Shown here piece by piece: positions 1-8,344 of a DNA stretch of 64,000 nt (positions are counted from its first letter, which is position 1; the number at the start of each line of letters is the position of its first letter). The translations under genes were made by a program, and so were the position numbers. This DNA is from Thermodesulfobacteriota bacterium (GTDB lineage: Bacteria > Desulfobacterota > BSN033 > UBA1163): contig JAPVTA010000151.1 of NCBI GenBank assembly GCA_047519465.1, positions 54,534-118,533 on the forward strand, in the 5' to 3' direction. A model generated the notes under the pieces. The model searched no databases, was not told where the DNA came from, and saw only the letters and a list, made by a program, of their open reading frames with translations.

Positions 1-656
1 GCATTCAAATTGCCCAAATAGACCTTATTGTCCAGACCCAATTTGATTCTTGCCAATGCCCGGGTGATTTTCCTTGTGACAAATGTCTCACCTCTCCTTG
101 GGGATTCGTGATTAAACAGTATCCCATTACATGCAAAACCCTTATAGGCTTCTCGGTAGTTGGTCGTCATCCAAAAGGAATATACCTTTGCAGCCGCATA
201 GGGACTGCGAGGCCGAAAGGGCGTATTTTCATTTTGCGGTGGCGGTGAATCGCCAAACATCTCGCTACTCGAAGCCTGATAAAATTTTGTTGCGATCCCG
301 CTTCTCCGGATCGCTTCCAACATCCTTGTGGCTCCAATGCCCGTAATATCCCCAGTGTACTCGGGCATGTCAAAGCTCACGCGTACATGACTCTGGGCAC
401 CCAGATGGTAGATCTCTTCGGGCTGGACGTTATAGATGAGATTGGTCAGTTGACCCGAATCTGAAAGATCACCATAGTGAAGGTAGATCTTAGCCTTGGG
501 GTCGTGAGGATCGGTATAGAGATGATCGATTCTCTCCGTATTAAACGTGCTCGCCCTGCGGATCAAACCGTGGACTTCGTACCCTTTCTTTAGGAGAAAT
601 TCTGCCAAATAACTGCCATCCTGGCCGGTAATACCCGTAATCAGTGCTTTCCTCAT
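1..656 (-). CDS. gmd: GDP-mannose 4,6-dehydratase (N-terminal ~218 aa; 3' end runs off the window start)
   Basis: Absent from the ORF track because it is open at the window edge. Reverse translation from ATG 656-654 reads [47 protein letters not shown]...QASSSEMFG...SPYAAAKVY...[19 protein letters not shown]. This shows the GxxGxxG Rossmann motif, the YxxxK catalytic motif and the Gmd-typical NHESPRRG motif. Confidence 0.92.
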   Translation of the reverse strand, partial: MRKALITGITGQDGSYLAEFLLKKGYEVHGLIRRASTFNTERIDHLYTDPHDPKAKIYLHYGDLSDSGQLTNLIYNVQPEEIYHLGAQSHVRVSFDMPEYTGDITGIGATRMLEAIRRSGIATKFYQASSSEMFGDSPPPQNENTPFRPRSPYAAAKVYSFWMTTNYREAYKGFACNGILFNHESPRRGETFVTRKITRALARIKLGLDNKVYLGNLN

Positions 657-671
657 CCCTTTTCCTTTCCA

Positions 672-2123
672 TCATCTTCCATAGTCATCGTCGAATCTTT
701 CAATATCATCCTCTTCGACGTAATCGCCGTTCTGGACCTCGATAATTTGAAGAGGGATTTTGCCCGGATTCTCCAAACGGTGCTTCACCGAGATGGGAAT
801 AAACGTGCTTTCATTCGGATGAACGTCGAAAACCTCTTCTCCCCTGGTAACTTTAGCCGTTCCCGAAACCACCACCCAATGCTCACTCCGATGATGATGG
901 ATCTGAAGGCTCAATTTGGCCTTCGGACGAAGCATGATTCTTTTTATTTTGTACCGATTGCCTTTTTCCAATACGGTATAATTTCCCCACGGTCTCTCCA
1001 CGGTTCGATGGACCAGATGCTCTTCTCGATCACTCTTTTTTAGTGCTTCGACAACCTTTCTTACCTCCTGGACCCTCTCCTTAGAGGTCACCAGGGTCGC
1101 GTCCGGGGTATCGACCACCACTGCATCTTTAAGCCCGATGGTCGCCACAAGCCTTTCCCCGGAAAAAATGATGGAGTTTCTGCTCCCGATATCGATAGTA
1201 TTCCCCTTCAAAATATTCCCTGCCTCGTCTTTTTTCATAATATCGTCCAAGGCAGTCCAGCTTCCCACATCCGACCACCTGAATTGGGCAGGAACCATCA
1301 AGATGTTTTCGCTCCGCTCCATCACCCCGTAGTCAATCGAAACACTTTCTATCGAATCATAAAGCTGTTTGATTTGATTTGTCTGTTCCGATTCATTCAT
1401 TGGTTTGACCGGTTCAAAAAGAAGGGCTTTTATCTCTTTGAGGATTCTGAAAAGGGAGGGAAGGTGTTGATTGATTTCCGATAGGATTTTAGAAGTCTTC
1501 CATACAAAGATGCCGGAGTTCCAAAAATAACTGCCATCCGACAGATAAGCTTTTGCGGTTTGGAGATCAGGCTTTTCAAAGAACCGCTCAACAGGTAGCA
1601 GACCGGTTTTCTTCGTTCCAGAATTCTTATCTACTTTAATATATCCATATCCGGTTTCAGGTCTGTTCGGTTTGATCCCAAAGGTAACAAGGCGGTCTTC
1701 CCTGGCTCCCTGAATCGCCAGTCCTAAATCCGCTAAAAATTTGTCCGTATCGGGGATCGCATGATCAGAGGGCATCACAGCCATCACGGATTCGGGAGAC
1801 AAGTGCTGGAGGTAAAGCGCGGCCAGGCCAACAGCCGGGGCAGTGTTTTTTCCGGTGGGTTCCTTGATGTACTTGATCTCTTTAGTCCATGCACCTAAAG
1901 CTTCAAGATGAAACCCTATGTCCTGTGCCTTATCTTCCGTTGTAACAATCCAAACATTCTCCGGGAGGAAAAAGCCGCTGACTCGTTTCATCGTCTGCCG
2001 GAGAAGGGACTCCTCTCCCGCAATCTGTAACATCTGCTTCGGCCAGGTCTCACGACTTAAAGGCCAGAACCGCGAGCCTGAACCTCCGGCCAAAATAACA
2101 CAAAAAAGATTTGGATCATTCAT
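672..2123 (-). CDS. manC: Bifunctional mannose-1-phosphate guanylyltransferase / mannose-6-phosphate isomerase (ManC/CpsB type)
   Basis: N-terminal LAGGSGSRFWPLSR nucleotidyltransferase motif and C-terminal cupin (WG.Y..L......KRI...P...LS.Q.H..R.EHW). The ORF extends to a TTG at 2153, but the ATG at 2123 (MNDPNLFCVILAGG) is preferred. The gene lies 15 nt upstream of gmd. Confidence 0.9.
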   Translation of the reverse strand: MNDPNLFCVILAGGSGSRFWPLSRETWPKQMLQIAGEESLLRQTMKRVSGFFLPENVWIVTTEDKAQDIGFHLEALGAWTKEIKYIKEPTGKNTAPAVGLAALYLQHLSPESVMAVMPSDHAIPDTDKFLADLGLAIQGAREDRLVTFGIKPNRPETGYGYIKVDKNSGTKKTGLLPVERFFEKPDLQTAKAYLSDGSYFWNSGIFVWKTSKILSEINQHLPSLFRILKEIKALLFEPVKPMNESEQTNQIKQLYDSIESVSIDYGVMERSENILMVPAQFRWSDVGSWTALDDIMKKDEAGNILKGNTIDIGSRNSIIFSGERLVATIGLKDAVVVDTPDATLVTSKERVQEVRKVVEALKKSDREEHLVHRTVERPWGNYTVLEKGNRYKIKRIMLRPKAKLSLQIHHHRSEHWVVVSGTAKVTRGEEVFDVHPNESTFIPISVKHRLENPGKIPLQIIEVQNGDYVEEDDIERFDDDYGR

Positions 2124-2387
2124 CTCTTGTGTTAAGACTTTCCTTCTGATCAATTTGGTTTTGCCGTTTGCTTGGCCATTTCCCGTAAAGATGCGGAAAG
2201 GTCCTGGTTAGTCACTTAAATAGTAATGTATAACAAATTTGGTGGGATTTGTCTAATCTCCGTAAGCCCTTGGAATTTCAAGGTATTCGGTCGCACCACA
2301 ATCGTCGTAGGATTAATTTTCACCCGCCGACTGAATGCGATTGCCCCGGAGAGTAACACCCACTTTAGCAGAAACGTAGGATAGTCC

Positions 2388-2445
2388 TTAGAGGCTTCTC
2401 AGACTTTAGAGGCTTAGTGAATTGCACTAATCTTTACAGGCTTAG
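2388..2445. repeat. Three imperfect direct repeats, TTAGAGGCTT / TTAGAGGCTT / TTACAGGCTT, in the 300-bp gap upstream of manC
   Basis: Copies lie at 2388-2397, 2406-2415 and 2434-2443. TTAGCAGA also recurs at 2365 and 2442. They sit in the only sizeable non-coding gap at the low-coordinate end of the glycan locus (the gaps at 16608-16758 and 17599-17830 lie farther in), directly 5' of manC on the transcribed strand. Confidence 0.35.
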
Positions 2446-2453
2446 CAGATAAC

Positions 2454-2951
2454 TTAGGTCACCCTTTTTACGAAGGATCTAATTGTTTCTATCAATTTTT
2501 TCCTCTCTGAAAAAGATCCGCTTCCAGAAGCCGCTCCCATACCGCCCTGAATTGTTTTTATTGCATTTTCTAGATCCTCAATTTCGTAAACCACATGAAC
2601 TAAGGGATTCCCTTCAATTTTTTGGGCGATCTCTACCTGGTGGTCGTCACGATTGAGCTCTCCATATTTAGTTCTTCTCGGAACTACAATGATGGGCTTC
2701 TCAAATTTGAGTGCGTTCAAGATCGTTCCGGTCCCACAGTGCCCCACTACGAGAGAGGCCTTTTTAAAATATTTTAGTATATCCTGATAGGAACAATATC
2801 GAAAGAAAGCTGCATGCTGAGGTTCGTAAGGAGCTGTCCCAATCTGCATGATAACCTCTTCTTTGATATTTCTTGCCACCTCATCCATTTTCTTGATGAG
2901 CCGTGTAAATTCTATTCCTTTCACTGCAGACCCGATTGTCACAAATATCAA
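2454..2951 (-). CDS. Alg13-like glycosyltransferase catalytic subunit (GT28 C-terminal domain; Cps14G/PssE type)
   Basis: The protein reads (M)IFVTIGS...SLVVGHCGTGTILNALKFEKPIIVVP...DDHQ.EIA. The TTG start overlaps the upstream TGA (TTGA), and the 165-aa size is typical of this family. Confidence 0.75.
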   Translation of the reverse strand: MIFVTIGSAVKGIEFTRLIKKMDEVARNIKEEVIMQIGTAPYEPQHAAFFRYCSYQDILKYFKKASLVVGHCGTGTILNALKFEKPIIVVPRRTKYGELNRDDHQVEIAQKIEGNPLVHVVYEIEDLENAIKTIQGGMGAASGSGSFSERKKLIETIRSFVKRVT

Positions 2952-3451
2952 AGCAGCCTCCCCCAGTAAACCGCCTTGGGTCTTTTCTTACTAAGAAGCT
3001 CTGGCCACTGAACAAGAAAAAGATCAACGATAGGATAAAGAAGTTTTCCGGTATAAGAATAATCTTTCACCCTGGCCAAAGACTCCATGAAGATTAGCTT
3101 GGTGCGGAAAAAGATTTTGCCAATATAGAAAGCAGGAACTGCAATCTCTGACCCTGTTGAAAAGAGGATGGATGGTCTTTCAATCCAGAAAATCCTAAGG
3201 AATGTAAACAGGCTCAAAATGATGGTCATACCTACAGCAACCCAGGAGGAATAACCTAGAATTAATCGGAGTCTGTAAACTCTCTTGACTTTGTCTAATT
3301 GAACGCCCGTCAGGCTAGGAAAATCATGAACAACCAAAAAGACATCGTGCCCGTCAAAAGCCTCGATGGTACTTAAGGCCTCGGTCAGGTGCCCTCCGGG
3401 TGAACAGATAAAACCGATCTTCTTGTTTAGCTTTGGACCTCGCATGGCCAT
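2948..3451 (-). CDS. Alg14-like membrane-anchor subunit of the split glycosyltransferase (Cps14F/PssD type)
   Basis: The motif IGFICSPGGHLTEAL is followed by a hydrophobic segment, and the gene is immediately 5' of and overlapping the Alg13-like gene. The ATG at 3451 overlaps the upstream stop (TAATG). The ORF-track start at 3487 would overlap the upstream gene. Confidence 0.7.
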   Translation of the reverse strand: MAMRGPKLNKKIGFICSPGGHLTEALSTIEAFDGHDVFLVVHDFPSLTGVQLDKVKRVYRLRLILGYSSWVAVGMTIILSLFTFLRIFWIERPSILFSTGSEIAVPAFYIGKIFFRTKLIFMESLARVKDYSYTGKLLYPIVDLFLVQWPELLSKKRPKAVYWGRLL

Positions 3452-5022
3452 TACCCTGGAGGAAGGCATTCTTTTCGAACTTCCCAAATACTCATCCCTT
3501 TATTTTCAAAGACAAGTTTTAAGAAAGGAAGTTCGGGCATCCTCCGGATGAAACTTTTAGGATAACCTCCAAGATGTTTGACTACCGAATCATCATAAAT
3601 CCTCGATTTTTTAACGACGATATAATCAACCTTATTGATCCTCAAGGATCTCATCACATCGTCTATGTTAGAGTTCCAGAAAAACATCCGGTTTATGTCT
3701 CCGTGATATTCCGGGTACTCATTCGCGAGAAGATGTTGTTCTACATCAAAAAAAGAGCTCCAGATGAACCTTCTTTCTGTTGCTTCAAGTAGACTATATT
3801 CTGGGTACATAAGGAGCGCATCTCTCGGAATCTGGACCTTAATATAAGAAAACCCTTCTTTGATCTCATGCGGTATCTGACGTTGAGTACGAACATACGT
3901 CAGTGTCGCTCCAAACTGAACCAAACAAATGCCAATGGTCAAGACAGATACCCACTTTCTCTCAAAAGCAATAACGCTTTTGGAGGCCAAAAGGCATAAA
4001 AACGGAACGATTGGAAAGAGATACCGGATATCAGAATTGAAACCGAATAGAAAAAGAAAAAAGACGAGATAGCTCGTCAGTAATCCAAAAATCAATACCT
4101 TGATTTCTTTTTTCTCCTTTCTAAAAAGCCCATATAGAAAATAGAAAATAAGGAATAAGATCAGAACTACGCCAAGGTACTTTGCAAGATCCAAGGGATT
4201 AATCAAAGAAGAATTGAGATATTCTTTGGTACCCCACAAATAATATCTCACGCGCGACAGAATGTTCTCCAGGAACGTCGCATTTCGTATTGTCACATTT
4301 CGCGTTATCCCGTACCCCTGAATCTGAAATTTGGAGCTTTCGATGTTCAGATATCGCCAACGCATATCCAAGAAAAATGTAATGGCCACGGGGATCACAA
4401 GGAAACTCAAGTCTCTCAGTTTCTTGAGAAACCCTATCCTCTCAAAATAGAGAGGAATCAGGGCCATTGCAGGAATCAGGAAGCAGGCATTTCTCTTGGT
4501 TAGATACATCAGGGAAAAAATGATCCCACCCCATAGATATTTCTTATCGATGACTAAGTAGAATGCCACCAAGGAAAGTGCCGTAGCAGGTACGTCGATA
4601 TAAAAGAGGATGCCGAAGGCCACTGTCATAGGCATAGTTGCCAATATCAGGCATGACCAAGCACCTTCTTCTTTACCAAATATCTTTTTTCCGGAAAGAT
4701 AAGTGAAAATTAATAGTAACGTATAAAAACACGTATGATAAATTTGTGCAACCGGGAAAGAAACCCTTCCGATCGTTCTCCATAGCGCCGCTAATACGCC
4801 ATCCCACAATGGATCTGTCGCATAGAAAAACCCTGGGGGATTCCCGGACTCATAAAGTGGATCATGACTCACCCGTTTTCCCGCTTCAAACATACTCTTA
4901 GCAAACCGGTAATGGTAGACCTCATCCCCGAGATAAAGTTCTGAGGTGAGCCCCGCAGTAAGAAGGCTGATAGAGGCGATAGCTATAAGAAAAAATACTT
5001 TCCTATTTTTTAATGTCTCCAC
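3451..5022 (-). CDS. Polytopic membrane protein, GT-C-like (PMT/ArnT-type) glycosyltransferase candidate, paralog 1 of 3
   Basis: It has about 10 or more hydrophobic segments and a first-loop motif LGDEVYHYRFAKSMFEAGKRV..DPLY.SGNPPGFFY. Conserved NSDIRYLFP and a soluble C-terminal domain (DYIVVKKSRIYDD..VKHLGGYPKSF) are present. The start is placed at GTG 5022 by homology with the paralog-2 start; the ORF-track ATG at 5073 reads through a gene relic. Confidence 0.6.
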   Translation of the reverse strand: METLKNRKVFFLIAIASISLLTAGLTSELYLGDEVYHYRFAKSMFEAGKRVSHDPLYESGNPPGFFYATDPLWDGVLAALWRTIGRVSFPVAQIYHTCFYTLLLIFTYLSGKKIFGKEEGAWSCLILATMPMTVAFGILFYIDVPATALSLVAFYLVIDKKYLWGGIIFSLMYLTKRNACFLIPAMALIPLYFERIGFLKKLRDLSFLVIPVAITFFLDMRWRYLNIESSKFQIQGYGITRNVTIRNATFLENILSRVRYYLWGTKEYLNSSLINPLDLAKYLGVVLILFLIFYFLYGLFRKEKKEIKVLIFGLLTSYLVFFLFLFGFNSDIRYLFPIVPFLCLLASKSVIAFERKWVSVLTIGICLVQFGATLTYVRTQRQIPHEIKEGFSYIKVQIPRDALLMYPEYSLLEATERRFIWSSFFDVEQHLLANEYPEYHGDINRMFFWNSNIDDVMRSLRINKVDYIVVKKSRIYDDSVVKHLGGYPKSFIRRMPELPFLKLVFENKGMSIWEVRKECLPPG

Positions 5023-5065
5023 GTTTTTCGATGACCCTTGCAGGCACTCCCACGGCAATGCAATA
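5003..5065 (-). pseudogene. Relic of the last 20 codons plus stop of a hexapeptide acetyltransferase gene (duplication scar)
   Basis: The minus strand reads YCIAVGVPARVIEKRGDIKK*. The intact gene 6700-7299 ends YCIAVGVPARVIKKRGEAQKK*. Nucleotide similarity covers about 50 nt (5015-5065 versus 6715-6765) and stops abruptly at TATTGC, with no acetyltransferase body upstream. Confidence 0.8.
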
Positions 5066-5147
5066 GATCTCATGCCTCTCTACCAAATCGTCTCAGGAAT
5101 CTTTTGAATCGATCATCTTCGTCCGTACCTCATTGGGAAAAACCGTC

Positions 5148-6722
5148 CTATTTTCCTCTGTTGACTTCCCATATACTCATTGCTTGATTCTCAAAGATTT
5201 TCCTAACTAATGGGAAGGTTGGAAGCCTTTCTACGAAAGATCTCGGATACCCCCCAAAGTGCTTGACTTCAGTATCATCATAGATTCTCGATTTATCTAC
5301 TACAATATAATCAAGCTTGTTTACCTTTATAATCTCCTTGATATCATCTTCTTTTTTGCTCCAAAACATGAGAGCGCTTTTATCGTCCATAAAATCGAAG
5401 GTTGGATATTTTTTACCCATCATCAAACTCTCAACTTGGAAAAAGTTAGCCCAAACAAATTTTCTCCCCGCTGCCTCGATAAATATATATCCAGGATACA
5501 TGAATAATGCATTGACTGGAGTATTCTGTTTTATAAATTCAAAACCCTCTCTCATTCCTGCTGGCACAAGTCGTTTCTGATGGACATAGAAGGCGCTCGT
5601 CAAGAGTTGCAGGACACAGATAGTCCATATCGAAACTTTGATCCATTTTGGATTTTCAATTATTCTAAAAGAAGAACCTGCAAGGGCACAAAGCAGAGGA
5701 ATCACAGGGAAAAGGTATCGGATGTCAGAATTAATGCCAAATAAAAACGCAAAAAACACAAAATATAATATAACACAAACCCATAACCGCAAATCTTCTT
5801 TCTTATTCTTTTTAAAGAGAAAATATAAAAACAGACCCGCGAGCAGCATGACACCAAAATACTGGATGACATCCTTTGGATTGATCAACGACGAATTCAG
5901 ATATTCTCGGGTACCCCATAGTTTGCCCCATAGTTTAGTCACTATATACTTCAATCTTGTTGCAATATACTCCGAAGTACTTGCAATGCCTACACTTGTA
6001 TATTTCCCCACGCCCGGTATTGTAAAAGTTGAACCTTCAATATAAATCCTTCTCCACCTCAAGTCAAAAGGAGCGAAAATCGCTGTTGGCAAAATCAATA
6101 GGATTGAATTCTTCAGTTTCCTGATTAACGATTCTTTGTCAATGAGCCAAAGAACCAACATAAAACCCGGGACCAAAAAGCAGCCATTTCTTCTCGTAAA
6201 ATACATAAGGGATATGCCCAACCCTGCTAAGAAATACCTTTTCTTTAGAAAAAGCAGTAATGAAAGAGCGGCAAATGCGGTTCCTGGTACATCCAAATAA
6301 AATAAGATGCTAAAACTGACGACCATCGGAGCACTTGCAATCAACAGCGCAGCAAAAATTCCCTCCCGTTTTCCATAAACTTGTTTCCCTATAAGATACG
6401 TGAGAATGATGAGAAGGAGGTAATAGAAAGTATGATAAGTCTGTGCCAAAGGAAATGATATGTTTCCTGTCAATCTCCATAAAATGGCCAGGAGCCCGCT
6501 CCAAAATGGCTCCGAGTTATAGAAATAACCCGGGGGGTTGCCCGTAGAGTAAACAGGGTCAAAAGGGACTCGCCTCCCAGCGGTATACATGTCTTTGGCA
6601 AACCGGTAATGACAGACCTCATCCCCCACCGAGACCTCAGAGGTCAAGCCTGAACTTAGCACTGTGACAGCAGCCAAAATAAGAATCAGTAAAAGCTCTT
6701 TATTTTTTTTGAGCTTCTCCAC
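5148..6722 (-). CDS. GT-C-like membrane glycosyltransferase candidate, paralog 2 of 3
   Basis: By eye it is roughly half identical to paralog 1 along its length (VGDEVCHYRFAKDMYTAGRRVPFDPVYSTGNPPGYFY; NSDIRYLFP; DYIVVDKSRIYDDTEVKHFGGYPRSF). The start is GTG. Confidence 0.6.
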   Translation of the reverse strand: MEKLKKNKELLLILILAAVTVLSSGLTSEVSVGDEVCHYRFAKDMYTAGRRVPFDPVYSTGNPPGYFYNSEPFWSGLLAILWRLTGNISFPLAQTYHTFYYLLLIILTYLIGKQVYGKREGIFAALLIASAPMVVSFSILFYLDVPGTAFAALSLLLFLKKRYFLAGLGISLMYFTRRNGCFLVPGFMLVLWLIDKESLIRKLKNSILLILPTAIFAPFDLRWRRIYIEGSTFTIPGVGKYTSVGIASTSEYIATRLKYIVTKLWGKLWGTREYLNSSLINPKDVIQYFGVMLLAGLFLYFLFKKNKKEDLRLWVCVILYFVFFAFLFGINSDIRYLFPVIPLLCALAGSSFRIIENPKWIKVSIWTICVLQLLTSAFYVHQKRLVPAGMREGFEFIKQNTPVNALFMYPGYIFIEAAGRKFVWANFFQVESLMMGKKYPTFDFMDDKSALMFWSKKEDDIKEIIKVNKLDYIVVDKSRIYDDTEVKHFGGYPRSFVERLPTFPLVRKIFENQAMSIWEVNRGK

Positions 6723-7299
6723 GTTTTTTGATTACCCTCGCAGGCACCCCTACGGCAATGCAATAAGGAGGGATGTCCTTTTTTACTACGGCTCCCGCTC
6801 CGATCACAGCTCCCTTTCCCAAGGTCACCCCCTTCGTGATCACGCAGTTTGAGGAGATCCAAACGTCATCCTCAATGGAAACTTCTTTAAAGGAGAGGGG
6901 TTGACGGTTCATAGGGATACTCAAATCCTGGTAGCGATGATCGGAATCCACAATGACATTCTGGGGACCAATGATCACATCATTTCCAATCTTAATCGAC
7001 AGGCCACTGAAGATGATCGTTCCTTCTCCGATGTGGACGCGGTCTCCGATCATAATCTTGCCATTAGGCGTTGTGCTAATGGTTGCACCTCTTAAAATGC
7101 GAACGCCATTTCCGATGAAAATTGCATCACGACTATTCCCGACAATTCTTACCCCTCCATAGAACTTAACGTTCTTGCCAACATTGCCCCCCATGGAATG
7201 AATCAACATTTTCCAAAACCAATATCTGAAGAAGAATCCAACATCAAAATATAGAAATTTAACAATTTCCCATAACATGAAGATGCTCTCCTCTAACAT
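6700..7299 (-). CDS. Hexapeptide-repeat (LbH) O-/N-acetyltransferase with an N-terminal hydrophobic segment
   Basis: Repeated [LIV]G-x4 hexapeptides are visible (IGNGVRI.., IGDRVHIGEGTII, IGNDVIIGPQNVI, ISSNCVITKGVTLGKGAVIGAGAVV). Confidence 0.8.
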   Translation of the reverse strand: MLEESIFMLWEIVKFLYFDVGFFFRYWFWKMLIHSMGGNVGKNVKFYGGVRIVGNSRDAIFIGNGVRILRGATISTTPNGKIMIGDRVHIGEGTIIFSGLSIKIGNDVIIGPQNVIVDSDHRYQDLSIPMNRQPLSFKEVSIEDDVWISSNCVITKGVTLGKGAVIGAGAVVKKDIPPYCIAVGVPARVIKKRGEAQKK

Positions 7300-7324
7300 C
7301 CTTTGGCTTCTCTAAGCTATATAA

Positions 7325-8344
7325 TTATCTCCCTCTCCACCATCGCAGGAGATAAGCTCCCCAGGCGGTATTTATCATCCACCAAACCCTTCTCCATAGC
7401 CATGTTCGGACAGGATTCAGACTTTTCTCATAAAAATAGAAAGGGTATTTCTGGGCTCCCCATTTCTCTTTAAAATTCATCAGAGCGATATCGTCTTTTT
7501 GGGAAGCCATAAGATCAAAAAACCTTCTTCCTGCTCGTATCGTTAAACAAATCCCGCGGTGGACAAGAAGGTCATTGGGACATAACGAAAGATATTTATC
7601 AATCGAAGCAGCAAAAAAGTAGTAGGTCGTCTCTGGAGAGAAAAGAAGGATGATTCCAGCAATAATCTCGCCCCTTAGTTTCGCCAACAGGATTTTCGCT
7701 TCTCCCTTTTTAACCAGATGGTGATAAATGGAGTGAAGCGCCTTCCTGCTCCATGTGTTATAGGCTTCATTTCGCTTCATCGTCTCTAAATATAGATTAA
7801 AAAGAATGTCAATCTCCTTCGAATCCGTTACTTCGTATATACTCACTCCAGATTTCTCCGCTTTTCGAACATCCCGTCTCACCCTCTTTTTATAATTGTT
7901 CCAAAGGGTTTCCTCTGTGGTATCGTCTAAATCCAACAAATGGGTATAAGCTGTTTCCTTTCGATACCCCTCTAATTCAGGGAACTGGACCTGAAAATTT
8001 TTCCCAATCCGAATAAAATGGACATGTTCCTTCTTCAATCGCTCCTCAAAGAATTGCAGAAATTCAGAAAGATATTCAAACTCTCCTAAAAAACCGCCAT
8101 AAGGAATATTAGAATAGAACATTCTCAATATCTTGAAATCGAGAATGATTCCAGGAAGAGCAAGGATAATTTTCTCATCTTTCTTAAGGCAATAAGAAAC
8201 CACCTCCGCATCAAATCCCTCTCTCAATACGCTTGACCATTCGGTCCGATTGAAGATAGAAGAGGAGTGGAAACTCATAAAGTCAACAAGTTCAGCATCA
8301 TCAAAGAACAGTCTTTCCAACTTCAAGGTTGAACCCTTTTCCAT
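7325..8344 (-). CDS. FemAB-like / GNAT (Acetyltransf_6-type) acyl- or aminoacyl-transferase
   Basis: The 339-aa protein has a two-lobed layout with ...NYKKRVRRDVRKAEKSGV.. and ..YYFFAASIDKYLSLCPNDLL.., typical of FemAB-related proteins in polysaccharide loci. Confidence 0.55.
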   Translation of the reverse strand: MEKGSTLKLERLFFDDAELVDFMSFHSSSIFNRTEWSSVLREGFDAEVVSYCLKKDEKIILALPGIILDFKILRMFYSNIPYGGFLGEFEYLSEFLQFFEERLKKEHVHFIRIGKNFQVQFPELEGYRKETAYTHLLDLDDTTEETLWNNYKKRVRRDVRKAEKSGVSIYEVTDSKEIDILFNLYLETMKRNEAYNTWSRKALHSIYHHLVKKGEAKILLAKLRGEIIAGIILLFSPETTYYFFAASIDKYLSLCPNDLLVHRGICLTIRAGRRFFDLMASQKDDIALMNFKEKWGAQKYPFYFYEKSLNPVRTWLWRRVWWMINTAWGAYLLRWWRGR

